A stretch of 64,000 nucleotides of DNA from Narcine bancroftii. Lineage: Eukaryota. Below the pieces are notes generated by a model, which was not told where the DNA came from, searched no databases, and worked only from the letters and a program-made list of their open reading frames with translations. The stretch covers positions 182,032,001 through 182,096,000 of the forward strand of contig NC_091470.1 of the NCBI RefSeq assembly GCF_036971445.1, written 5' to 3'. Position numbers and translations under genes: made by a program. Of the stretch, positions 13,001-25,064 are shown in pieces; positions within the stretch are counted from its first letter, which is position 1; each line of letters starts with the position of its first letter.

Positions 13001-13987
13001 GGGTGGTGTCTGGCCTCGGCGGCCGCCATTTTCAATGCTTTCACCGCTTTTTTTACTCCTCGTGTCCCTTCTCTCCACCCCCCACCCCCCGATTCCGCGG
13101 CTCAACAATTTGACAGTCAGTCATATCTTAGAGGCCGGTGGAGCCAGCGGGCTGCTCTGGGCCCGCAGCCACAGTGAGAATGATTTGGGAGGTAGAACAC
13201 CAGAAGGAAATCGACCATTTCACTCTTCACAGGGAGGGCAAATTTCCCCGACGGGTACCCACTCAGAGATAAGGCCGGCAATCCAGAATGGTCATATGTC
13301 GGGGAGCACCTGTACTTTACAAAGATAAACCAACGTTTCAATGCATGGAGGTGCCTGAATGTAACTGCTGGGGTTTTTTTTTTGTCCAGCTTTGCGCTTT
13401 TACAACTAAACAGCGTCTGGGAGAGTTAATGTGAGCAGTTCATTGTTCTTTTGAGCCTCTACTCAAAGCACGAAAGTCTGCAGACGCAGTGATTTAAATA
13501 GAAAAAAAACCCCACCAAGCTGGAGAAGTTCAGCAGATCAAACAGTGTCCTTTATGCAGCAAATATAAAGATGCATCCTCAGGGTTTTGGGTTTGAGCCA
13601 GATGTAAGCAGGGGCCAAAGTGTTTTGGACTTTGGGCACATCCCCTGATGAAGGGGCTCATTGAGGATGCAGCTACCCTGCTGAGTTGCTCCAGCATTTC
13701 AACCAGGGGGGAGGTGGGGGCCTGCAGACCTCCCTGTTCCGCTGGCACTCTGGGCGAACGGATTGCAATGGGGCTCACACTGCACACCTCCCCCCCCCAC
13801 CCCCCCGGGCTTGGGCCAGCAGGAAAGACCGAGGCTTAGAGGCCTTCCCTTTTCCAGGCCGCCGCGGGCGCGCAAAGTTTGCAACCTCCCCTCTTTCTCC
13901 CCGTCCCCCCGGGGACCATACGCCCCCCAATCCCCGCGGCTTCAGCTCCAGGCGAAATCCGGAGCCCGGCTGGCGATCACTCACCAT
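7065..13987 (-). CDS. LSM2: U6 snRNA-associated Sm-like protein LSm2, 95 aa; exons 13985-13987, 10746-10813, 9159-9189, 7790-7849, 7065-7190
   Basis: Spliced product MLFYSFFKSLVGKDVVVELKNDLSICGTLHSVDQYLNIKLTDISVTDPEKYPHMLSVKNCFIRGSVVRYVQLPADEVDTQLLQDAARKEAMQQKQ*, nearly identical to vertebrate LSM2. All introns are GT-AG, and 3+68+31+60+126 = 288 nt. Confidence 0.97.
9650..10380 (-). mobile_element. Rex1/Babar-type reverse transcriptase fragment in LSM2 intron 2
   Basis: Translations LLLIDCSSAFNTIIP, WILDFLIGRPQSVRIG and LELNVSKTKELVVDFRR; frameshifted. Confidence 0.8.
12804..13312. mobile_element. Tc1/mariner (Tigger-like) non-autonomous element nested in a SINE in LSM2 intron 1
   Basis: Terminal inverted repeats CAGGTATTCCCCGAC / GTCGGGGAGCACCTG with TA on both sides. 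Confidence 0.7.
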
Positions 13988-14170
13988 GGCGACTGCCGAC
14001 TCCCAAGTGACGGCGCGGCTCGCTGAGGGGGCGGGGACCACGATCTCGCGAGAACCTCTCCGAATCCCGCGGCAACACGGGCTGTCAATCACATGGGTGG
14101 TTTTCCCGCGTCTTTTGTTGCAGAATCGCTGCTTCCCGCCTTGAAAACGTGCTACCAGGTTCGAATCGCA
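13850..14170 (-). promoter_or_regulatory. LSM2 CpG-island promoter
   Basis: CpG-rich; GC box GGGGCGGGG (about 14028-14036); perfect palindrome TCTCGCGAGA (14044-14053, BANP/ZBTB33-type motif) just upstream of the ATG exon. Confidence 0.7.
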
Positions 14171-17100
14171 GGGCAAAACCAACCTTGTAGGAGAAATACA
14201 AGGCAGTGCAAGATAAAAAAAAAAGGACAAAGTCTGAGCTTCATTGCTCATTATTCAGGACGTGATGGCGGAGGGGAAGAAGCTGTCCCTTGTGCTGCGT
14301 GGGGGCTCATCTTCTGGTTCCTGTACCTCCTGCCCGATGGGAGGAGAGTGACCAGGGTGCTGTGGGTGCTTGAGGGTGGAGGCTGCCCGTCACTATTGTG
14401 CTAACCTTCTGCAGGAGCTCTACCGCCAGCGTCCTTGTAGGCTGCGTTCACCGATCAACCCACAGGATGTGAGGATCCCCTGTGTCTCCCCCCCCACCCC
14501 ACCAGGATTGCTATCAGAAGAGGGTGCACAAAATGATCGAGGACCCCTTTCAGCTGCTCCCGTAGGGGGGAGATACAGGAGGATCAGAGCCACCAGACTG
14601 AAGAACAGCTTCTTCCCGCGGGCAGTGAGAACACCGAACGACCAAAGGAGTCGCTCGCACTCGCCTTCCGCGGACTCTCGTATTCATGAAACACTATTAA
14701 TTTTGCACTTTGCTTTCCCAAAAGACCCTCCCGGCAGAGGCCAATCCACCGATAAAGGCCCAGCCATTCACAGAGCATCAATTCCACAGAACACCTGGCC
14801 ACAAGCATTTCTTCAGAAGATGCTTCCTCTCCAGCAGTCAGAATGGTTCTCCTTTTGCAAAAATCACAGTGTCTTTGCCAATGTATCAAATTCCAGAACA
14901 GACCGGGACAAGCCTTCCCTCAGTTCTTCCAATGTATCGTATTGTCACTGGGTTGTGACTTGTGTTGGGATGGTGCTTGGTTTAAATGTGGACTGCGACC
15001 ATTCAGTTCCTCTTGACTATACTGACAGTAATAATCCAATTTTACTAAAATAGGAGCTGGTAATATTTGCAAGAAATGAAACACGATTCTGGAGGCTAGA
15101 TTGTTGCGCTTTTAAAATATATTTATTGAATATATACATCCCCTTCTCTTGAACTTGAAGCCTTTATCTGACTTACATAATTATTTCGGTATAATCTTTA
15201 GAGTGAGCACTGCAGTATTACAGCGTTCGTAACCCATGCTGTGTGTGCGCAGTTGGTGCATTCTCCCCGCGTCTGCGTTGAGTACTTCCACGCAGACGTT
15301 CCTAGAGACTGGGCTCCAGTCTCCCCTCTCCCCCCACTGTTCAAATGTACAGTTGATTGATGTATTGGGGGGCACGGGCTTGAAGATCCTGTTACCATGC
15401 TGTACAGGGGAGACCATCTTGCGTACTGGCCGAATGGTTGAAGGATTTGGAAAAAAAAGTCAGCTCATTTAACAGGCCGTTTTAAGCCTGTACGGGGCAG
15501 ACAGACCATGCGGAGGAGCGCTGTGTCTCCGCTTCCCCGTTGCAGAATTGGGGAATTCAGTGGGACCAATCTCTGGTCGCCGGGGTTTCTCCCCCACCCT
15601 CACTGACTGCGCTCCTGACGCCGGCGAGCCCTTTACAGATCCCGGACAGATTCTCAGCCACATCCCAAGTCCAGAAGAAGGGATAAAGTTTCTCCGTGAA
15701 TTTGCACCCAATGAAGGTGTGGAGATGGGACTTGGTGTCGGCGCCGTAAAATGAAATAGTCCCGGCCTCATAACTGAGATAAACTCCCACCGTCCCAGGG
15801 ATAGGATCGGCAGGGAAATCGGATTGAGGGGAGGTGTCCACATAAAACACGTCATTCTCTCGCCCGATACTCCAGATTCCAGTCTCCAGTGTCAGGGCGT
15901 CCACTCCCTCCCTCTCCAAAGACTCTGCGGCGACTCCCAGACACCAGCCCCAATTCCCCGACACCTCCACCTCCCAGTAATGTCTCCCCGCGGTGAACCC
16001 CTCTGATCCCAGTGCACAAAACCAGTCTGTAAACCTCTTCCCGGTGTCTGGGAGATCCCGGAGTCCCTGTCCATCTCATCTTCTTCCGATCCTCAGACAG
16101 TTCGAGGTACGGATGCGCTGTGTCCTCATCCAGGGTGACAGAGTCTGGGGGCGGGGGGGGGGGGGGTGATGAGGAGAAACAGAATTAGAGACTGGAGACT
16201 CCGGCAGCGCGGCCCCCTTGTTGGACACTACCAGTTGCCCCAATAATTACAAGGAACATAGGACTGGAGCTGGCCCGGATCCAAGCTAGGGAATGCAGGG
16301 AAGGGAGAGAGGCTCAGCCTTAATGGCCTAGGTCACAGGGGAGGAGTCCAGGGGAAGAGAGTCATCAGAGGGCGGGCCAGCCTGAGCCTTTACTGGCCAA
16401 CAATCCATACCATTACACCCCGGGACCGAGGAGCGGCCGCTCGCCTGTTATCGCAGGGGTTTCACCAACAAAATTGTCCCGGAGGGGAGTGGGGGGGTGG
16501 CTCTTTCCTGGGATAATAGGAAGGGGTTGGCATGCAGACGAGAGCAGGTTGGGTAGAGAGTTGGGTTGACGAAAGGCTCAGGGCTGAAAAGTTGGTGATG
16601 TTGTTTTGATGTAACTAACATGCTTGACCTGCTGAGATTATCTGGCACTTGACAGTATGAAACTGGCCTGCAGACCTTCTTTTAAACACAAGGTTAAATT
16701 AACATTTAAATGTACAATTCCCTGATTTAATGAATTGGAACCAAAGAAAATTACAGCATAGAGAAAACTGGCCCTTCAGCCCATCTTTTCTGTGCCGAAC
16801 TATTCTGCCTCGTCCCACTGACCTGCGCGCATTTCATATCCTTCCCTTCCCCTCCCGTCCCTCTTCAAATTTCACATGGAAGCTCATTCCATAACCCACC
16901 ACCCTGTGTGAAGAAATCCCCCCTAAACTTCTCCCTTAATCCAAAACCATCACAGTGGACAACCCCTACTTGCACTTACTTGATCTATACCATCATAATT
17001 TTGTATACCTCAATGAAATCTCCCTTCTTCTATGCTCCAGGGAGTAAAGTCCTAACTTTTTTAACCTTTCCCTGTAAAATGCAGGATTCAGTTGACACTG

Positions 17101-17459
17101 GTGGTTAAGTGAAACAAACCACACACTAATGCTGGAGAAACTCAGCAGGTCAAATAATGCCTTTATATAGCAAAGGTGAAGATACATCACCAACATTACA
17201 GGCTGGAGCCCTTCACTGAGACAGCCTTTCCCTGTAACTCAGTCCCAGCAATATCCGAGTCAATCGGCTCTGCACTCTTTCAATTTTATTGATATCTTTC
17301 CTGAAGTTAGATGGCCAAAGCTCCACACATTTGGCCTTGCCAGTGTCTTATACAACTTTACTATAGCATTCCAACTCTAATACTCATCGGCTAATGGCTC
17401 CATGACTAGTTCAAACGGGGCCGGAAATAGCAGGCTCCCTTTTCTACTTGATCTTGTCA

Positions 17460-17909
17460 GAGGAGAAATTTTTCTGTTGGTCACAACTTTACCCTGGGCG
17501 CATGGTACCTTATCCAATTTAGAAAAGTTGGCCCTAATCCCAACTTTTCAAGCACTTTAAATAGGAAATCCCACTCCAATCTATCAAATGCATTTTCTGC
17601 ATCCAGGGCCACAGCTAAACCTCTCTCATTTCTGGTTTGTACCAAATACATTACACTCAACCGTCTGCCAATGTTATCTGCTGCCTGTCTTTTTGTGTGC
17701 ACAAAGCCCGCTTGGTCTTTATTTATCAGTTTTGGTAAATGTTTTGCCGATCTATTTGCCAGGGCTTTGGCAACCATCTTACAATCAGTGTTTAACAGAG
17801 AAATGGGCCTATAGGAAGATGGCATTAGCAAATCTTTGTCTTTTTTTAAAAAAAGTATAATTATAATGATTGCTGTCAAAAAATAATGGGATGAGAGTAT
17901 TTCACACAC
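17460..17909 (-). mobile_element. L1-clade LINE ORF2 (RT) fragment
   Basis: SSYRPISLLNTDCK..LINKDQAGFV..ALDAENAFDRLEWDFL. Confidence 0.85.
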
Positions 17910-18112
17910 AAGGACAAATCGATCTGTTCATTTTTACCTGGATTAATGACATCATGCATTTCAGGGGATCTGTTGCCGTGATGTGAGGATTCACTGTTTT
18001 AGGTCTGGAGGGACTGGACCAGGGGGAGTTGGGTCAGAGTGGAGTTGGGACCTGGGACCGACTGGATCGGACCTGGCCACCCGAACTACAAGCCATCAGC
18101 ACTACCCGAGCC

Positions 18113-21100
18113 CAGGGCCGATTTTAAGCCTATTTGGCCATTTGATCAAATTGGGCCCAGCGCCTCAAGGGGGCCCCGCACATGTGTTTGAGCCCAGGCC
18201 TTGAGCAGAGAATACTGTGACAGACTTCATTTAAACTGGTAAGAATATAATAATACCACAGCCCTTATAAACGGAGGGATTTGTCAGTGAACTCGTGAAG
18301 TTATTGCCCTTAATTGATCACATTATCTCAGTGAAATATTTTTAGGAAATATGTCTTCGATTAAACTACTGGCTATAGGCCTCCTTTGTCTCCCTAGCCA
18401 AAAATTTCATGTTTTGTATTCATTTCACCCAGTAAGATAGATGTATTCTGGAGCTGATGAAGCATCTCTTATTATTATCAAGATCAAAACATGCTATAGG
18501 CTAATCAATAAGAGAACTTGTACTTTAATATGAGATTGAGATAGCGTCATGCTAGCCTATAGCCTAGGCTTAAGCAGTTAGCCTGAACGTAAATACCCTA
18601 GGCCTAAGCGTAGAATTTCTGACAATGTTAGCAATTGTAGATGGAATTGGTGAGGATATTCGGGTCTTGCAAAGATGAATAACCCCGAAGGTAGGTTAGT
18701 TTAAGTTGATCTTTACTAGGCTAGGTCGCTGTGGGGGTTATAGCCTACATCTTTACGAGCTGGTTTACAAGGTTATTCAGCTATAGGGGCATGTACAGTA
18801 CATCTCATTGTTATTCATCTTTACAAGATCCAGATATTCCTAGCAAGGCTGCCTGTTATTGTTTCATAATTTGATTTAGTATCAAAATAGTACTAGGCTA
18901 CTAACTATGCTATTGCACTGCCAGGGCTTAATATAGCTTATTTCATGTTTTTGGTGATTTGGAACAGGTGCAGTTTAGCTTGACCATGCTGAAATTGGTT
19001 TCTTCGGGGGAAAATTTCATCCGTTACATGCATCTGTTTTTCCGCCAAATTTCTAGCGACAAACTAGTGCTAGACATTTGACTAGAAAATAAGCTAAAAA
19101 AAACCCAGCAAAATTAAAGTGCGTCCCCCCATTTTGGAATGTAACCTTAACTAACCTAACCTAACTATTACTAAAAAAAAGGCAATTCTTACCTTATTTG
19201 AAGTTGTTGTCATTCAACAAATCCAGAATCGGTCGCTTGTTTTCCTGTTCGGTGGCGTTCACGAGTTGAGAGTTGGGTGCGTTGTTCCAACGTCAGCAGC
19301 TGACATTGGAAAGCAACGTAAAGCTAACGAGCAAAATGACGTGGGATTGATGTTGGTTTCTTACCTTGTACCAACGACAAGATTGTTCCACTGTTGGAAC
19401 AACGTAGACATATTATCAGGGATGTCGAGCCCAATTTTATAACAAATTACTAATGTTAAGTTTTTCATGTAATTTTAAGTCTAAACATTTTAAAATATAC
19501 TTCTTTTACCTTTTTTACCTTAAAAATATAGCCCAGAGAATTAGCAGCTTAAAATTTGTATGTCACTTTACATGGCAAGCACAAGCAGAGATAGAGATAA
19601 AGGGCATAAGTATTTAAGCGGCACCCAGAAACGAGCACTGGCCAAGGCTAAGGTAGCTGAAAATGAAAATCATAGAGGAGCTATCAGAAAATTCCTTGTC
19701 ACTCCATCTTTGAAGCGCCCATGCATTGAGGATGAAGGAAACAAAAACAATTCAGAAAATGACAATACAGCCTTGAGTCCAATTCCAGTTGATAAATACA
19801 ATGATGAAATTGAAAACAAGTTAGAAAAGGATGACGAAGCTGTGAATCAAATTGAAGACGATCTCACTACACCAGAAGACAGTGCCAAAGCGTAAAGTCC
19901 ACTTATAGCCGAAAAAGACCAAGCCCAAACATCACTCAATGATGGATCATCCATGAGTACAGTTGTAATTAACATTTATGATGACCCAGCCAACTGGCCA
20001 GCATACATAAATCAAAATGTAAGAGATTATTTAACAATGAAAGGGCCTCCTATTCCAGTGAACAACTTTCCACAAAATGAAAAGGGATTATGTTTTTCAA
20101 AGTTTCACTGTAAGAGGAAACTTCCAAATGGGGAGTGTGTTGAAAGACCTTGGATTATATACTCTGTCTGCTGATAGAATTTATTGCTTTTATTGTAAAC
20201 TTTTTAGTAAGAACACAACCAGTGCATTATCAACAAGTGGATTCAACAACTGGTCTAATCTTCATACAAGGTTGTGTGAGCATGAAAATTCTAAAAACTA
20301 TTTGGAAGCCACATGGAGTTTTTGGGAGTTACACCAAAGACTTTGTAGTGGACAGACAATTGACAAAGAACTTGAAATAATTGTCAATGAACATGCAAAG
20401 CACAATAGCACAATTTCTTGCTGAGAGAAATCTAGCATTTTGAGGAACAGAGGAAAAAGTTGGTAATGAGAGTGCACACAGTGGAAACTTTTTAGGTCTT
20501 GTTGAGCCGTTTGGAAAGTTTGACCCTGTTCTTGAAGAATATTTCCAAAAAGTCAAAACCCACAAAATTCATAATCACTATTTAGGAAAAGATACTCAGA
20601 ATGAACTACTGGACATTATGGCTACAGCTGTTTTGAATGAGATACTGAAACGCGTAAAAGCAGCTAAGTACTACACCATAATTTTAGACTGCACACCTGA
20701 TATGAGTTACCAAGAGCAAATGTCTCTAACGATCAGGTATGTGTCTGATGGTAACTTGGCTCCTTCAGGTGTTTATGAACATTTCATAAAGTTTATGCAG
20801 GTTGAAAGTAGCACAGGAGAAGATTTATATAAAACATTATTAAACACACTGAAGGAATTAAATTTAGAGGTGAAAGATATTCAAGGCCAAGGCTATGACA
20901 ACGGAAGCAACATGAAAGGTCACACATCTGGAGTCCAAGCACGACTGTTGAAGGAGAATTCAAGAGCTTTCTTTGAACCCTGTGCATGTCACAATTATAA
21001 CCTTTTACTCGGAGATGTAGCCAAGTGTCGTCCAGATGCTATAACATTTTTTGGGATCTTGCAAAGGATCTACATATTGTTCTCAGCATCAACTAAGAGG

Positions 21101-22369
21101 TGGGCGGTTTTTACAAACATGTACCCGGGTTATCAGTGAAACCCTCGAGCAACACAAGGTGGGAGTGTCGGAGTGATAGTGTTAAAGCTATTCGTTATCA
21201 GGTTGGGGAAATATATGATGCACTTGTGGAAATATCAGAGATAACAGATGAGCCCAAGGTAAAAGCAGAAGCTGAATCTTTAGCAAACCAGCTAAAAGAC
21301 TACAAATTTTTAGTTTCTTTGATATTTTGGCATGAAGTACTTTTTAAAGTTAACTATGTAAGCAAGGAACTACAAGGTGAAACAAAGGACATTGATGAAG
21401 GCATGGAGTCATTTGAAAAACTAAGAATTTATAGAGAGGGGAGTTTTAATGATGTCCTAATAGGCGCAAATGAATTGGCTGAAGCTGCTGAATTACCACT
21501 GGAGTTCAGACAATTTCAAGAAAAAAAAACTATGTAGAAGGAAGAGAATGTTTTCATGAGGCAAAAAAAAAATCAAGCTTTAGATGATCCAAAAGAAGTT
21601 CAGTGCTTCAGCTTAGTGCTAGACAAAGCTATTCAATCTTTAGAGCCGAGATTTAAGCAGCTTAAAAGCCATGTGAAATTATTTGGATTTTCAAATAACT
21701 TTCAGAGCTTACAAAAGGCGGAAATAAGGAAACACACAGCAGACCTTGAAGCAGCTTTAACTGACACCATACTAAAACAGAGCACTAATGAAGGGGCAGT
21801 TACTGAAACACACTAAAGAAGAAGAACTTGAAGCTCTGAAAACTTTTCTTCCCTTCAGTGTCGTTAAGCCTCAAGCCCTGTTTGAATACCTGGTCGAAAA
21901 CAATCGATTCACAGCCTTTCTTCCTGTTTTTATTGCTTTGAGAATTTACTTAGCAATGGCCGTAACAGTCGCATTGGGTGAAAGAAGTTTTTCAAAACTA
22001 AAACTGATTTAAAACATACTTACGGTCAACCATTTCACGAGAGAGACTAAACAATTTGGCGATGCCATCTAGAAAAACGACATGACTACAACCATTGACT
22101 TTGAAATTATTTTGAAAGATTTTGCAAATAAAAAAAATCCAGAAAAGTCTGTTCCTAAAAGACCTGCGCATAAACAGTATGTCTGTAATTGTCTTAACTT
22201 GTATTAAAAAATTAAAACTTTCATGTTGTCTTTCAATATTTAGTATGTCAAGCATTTAATGCTTTTTGGCTAAGACTAGCATACTACATGAAATATAAAA
22301 CATCAATTTCGACTTCTGTAGAGTAGACAGTTTTCTAATGGGGCCCCGCAATTCCTAGCACTGGCCATG
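18113..22369 (+). mobile_element. Near-full-length hAT DNA transposon with a decayed ZMYM1-like/DUF4371 transposase (about 19560-22150)
   Basis: Termini CAGGGCCG...CTGGCCATG; 8-bp TSD CCCGAGCC (18105-18112) / CCCGAGCT (22370-22377). Motifs IYCFYCKLF, ILDCTPDMSYQEQMS, GQGYDNGSNM, CACHNYNL, TRWECR and GERSFSKLKL. Multiple stops and frameshifts. Confidence 0.9.
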
Positions 22370-22687
22370 CCCGAGCTGCTACACTGCCCCATTTAATATC
22401 ATGCACCACAGGGATGAAAACTCACCCGAACCCGGGACATCCTCTGTTTCTGCCTCTCCCCCATTTCCTCCATGGCTGCTTTCTTTTCAGTGAGCGTTTC
22501 CAAGGAAGATTTCACCAGTTCCTGAGATGAGGTTTGAGAATCAGAGAATGAAGGTGTCAGACATTGAGCAAGTTTTATGCAACCTCATGTTTTGAACCCC
22601 ACCCAATGTTTGCTTTTACCTTGTACATTTCAACGCCTTCTTCTATGGGCATGAAGTTGTGAGTCTTGTGTTCCCACGAGTCTTGAC

Positions 22688-24746
22688 TGCCTCATAATAA
22701 TTTTGAAAATGTGGTAAATGTAATCCCCCTAACTCACATTTCCAAGTTAATTTATTTAAAGCCTCTCTCGAAAATTTACCCCTCCATAAAAACTCCCTAA
22801 CTGTTTTATTTAAATCTCAAAAAAATTTTTATCCTGTAAATACAGAATAGATTGAAACAAGTATTGTATACACGGAAAGATATTCATCTTAATTGTATTT
22901 ATCCTTCCCATCAAATTAATAGGTAAATCTTTCCATTTAATCAAATCAATTTTAATTTTTTTCATTAATGGAGCATAATTTAATTTATATAAAGATTGAT
23001 AATTAACATTCAAAATTATACCCAGATATTTAATTCGATCAGTCCACTTCAAATTAATAATATTCTTATAAACTGAATAATCTCCTTCACTTACCGGTAA
23101 TATTTCACTTTTTTCCCAATTAACTTTATATCCAGAAAGACATCCATATTGTATTAAACATTCCTTCAAATGCAAAAGTGACTGAGCTGGGTTTATTAAT
23201 TACACCAATATGTCATCAGCAAATAAATTAATTTTATACTCCTCATCTAAAACTTTCATACCTTGTATCTGTGTATTTTGTCTTATCAACTGTGCTAAAG
23301 GTTCAATCACTAACACAAACAAAGCTGATGATAAAGGACAACCTTGACAAGTTGATCAAGTTAACTTAAAAGATTCCGAAATCAAACCATTCGTCGATAC
23401 TCTAGCTACCAGTTTACTATATAGAGCCCTAATCCAACCAATAAAGAAGGACCAAACTTAAATTTCTCCAAAACTTTAAACAAAAAAATTCCATTCAACT
23501 CAATCAAATGCTTTTTCTGCATCTAAGGATATCACCATCGGATGATCTAAAGATTGTTGAAATCTATTAATCAAACTAATCACGCGCAAAATGTTATCTG
23601 AAACATATCTACTCTTTATAAAACCTGTTTGATCAATATGAATCAACTTTGGTAAAAATTTAGCCAATCTATTCACTAATATTTTAGCTATCATTTTATA
23701 ATCTACATTTAACAACGAAATTGGTCTATATGAAGATACCTTCAAAGGATTTCTATCTTTTTTAGGAATTACTGTAATTAAAGCACTAGAACAAGAATCA
23801 TGTAAATCATAATGTTCTCCAACTTGATGTAATACATCCCCAAACACTGTAGATAAATCATCATAAAAATTTTTATAAAATTCAACTGAAAATCCATCAT
23901 CACCAGGCGATTTACCATTCGGCATTTCCAGAATAGCCATTTTAATTTCTGAATCAGTAAATAGTTCTTCTAATTCCTGTATATCTCCATTGTATAATAT
24001 TGGTAAATTCAACTGTGATTTTTAAAAAATCAATCGATCCAGTTTCCTGTTTTCCTTCAGATGTATATAACGTTTTATAAAATGAATAAAATTCATCATT
24101 AATCTCACAATGTTTATGTATTAAGAGAATTCAGTCTAACAGCATTAATAGTCCTCGATATCTCTTCTTTCTTTAATTGCCATGCCAATACCTTCTGTGC
24201 TTTCTCTCCCCATTCATAATACCATTGTTTAGTCCTATTAATTACACATTGAAATTGATAAGATTGCAAAGTATTATATTCCAATTTCAGCCGAGATAAT
24301 TCTATATTCTGATCTTCTGTAGCATTTTTCTGAAATTCCTTTTCTAACTCATCGATCTGTTTCTCTAATTCAAGACTCTGATTTAATCGATTCTTTTTTT
24401 ATTTTAGAAGTATAACTAATTATTTGTCCTCTCAAATAGGCTTTCATAGCATCCCATAATACAAACTTACTTCTTTCAAAAAAATTAATTTATTTTTTCA
24501 AAAAATCAATAAATTCCATATTTTTTAACATTGTATTAAATCTCCAACGATAAGCTATTTGAATTTTCTCGGAAGTTTCCTATGTAAAATATAACAGAGA
24601 ATGATCTGAAATCACCCTACTTTTATATTCCGCTTGTTGTATTTTCCCTTGTAAATGTGCCAATACTAAAAAGAAGTCAATCCTTGAAAACGATTCATGT
24701 CTAGATGAATAAAAGGAAAAAATCTTTCTCTGTTGGATTAAGACAT
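22688..24746 (-). mobile_element. L1-clade LINE ORF2 internal fragment inserted into the TRIM B-box exon
   Basis: Endonuclease end (FSFYSSRHESFSRIDFFL) and RT motifs (KSPGDDGF, YRPISLLNVDYK, LDAEKAFD, LFADD, GYKVNWEKSE, IKYLGI). Flanked by a degenerate 14-bp direct repeat. Confidence 0.9.
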
Positions 24747-25064
24747 CTGCGAGTTTTGACAAACCAGGCAGATCAGCTTCTGGTTGGTTTGACAGAACAG
24801 CTTCGGGTGTTCCTTGCAGAGAGGTTTCCTCTCCTTCTCTGCCGGATTCAGGTCCACTTTTCAAGCTTTCTCGGCCAGACTGGCCTTGGCCCGGTTCACC
24901 CTGAGGGTTCCATCCACAAACTCCTCTCTACACTCTGGGCAGGAGTTTCTCCCTTCCCCTTCCCAAATCTGTGTGATACAGGAGTGGCAGAAGATGTGGC
25001 CGCACTCCAGCATAACTGGATCGGTGAAGAAATCCAGGCAAGTCACCTCTTTGGTCCAGGACTC

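Noticed and set aside
13985-13987. ATG-only first exon read as RPS18, another MHC-region gene
   Set aside because: The downstream exons splice to LSM2, not RPS18.
19560-22150. ZMYM1-like host zinc-finger gene
   Set aside because: Multiple stops and frameshifts, and enclosed by TIRs and a TSD, so it is a decayed hAT transposase.
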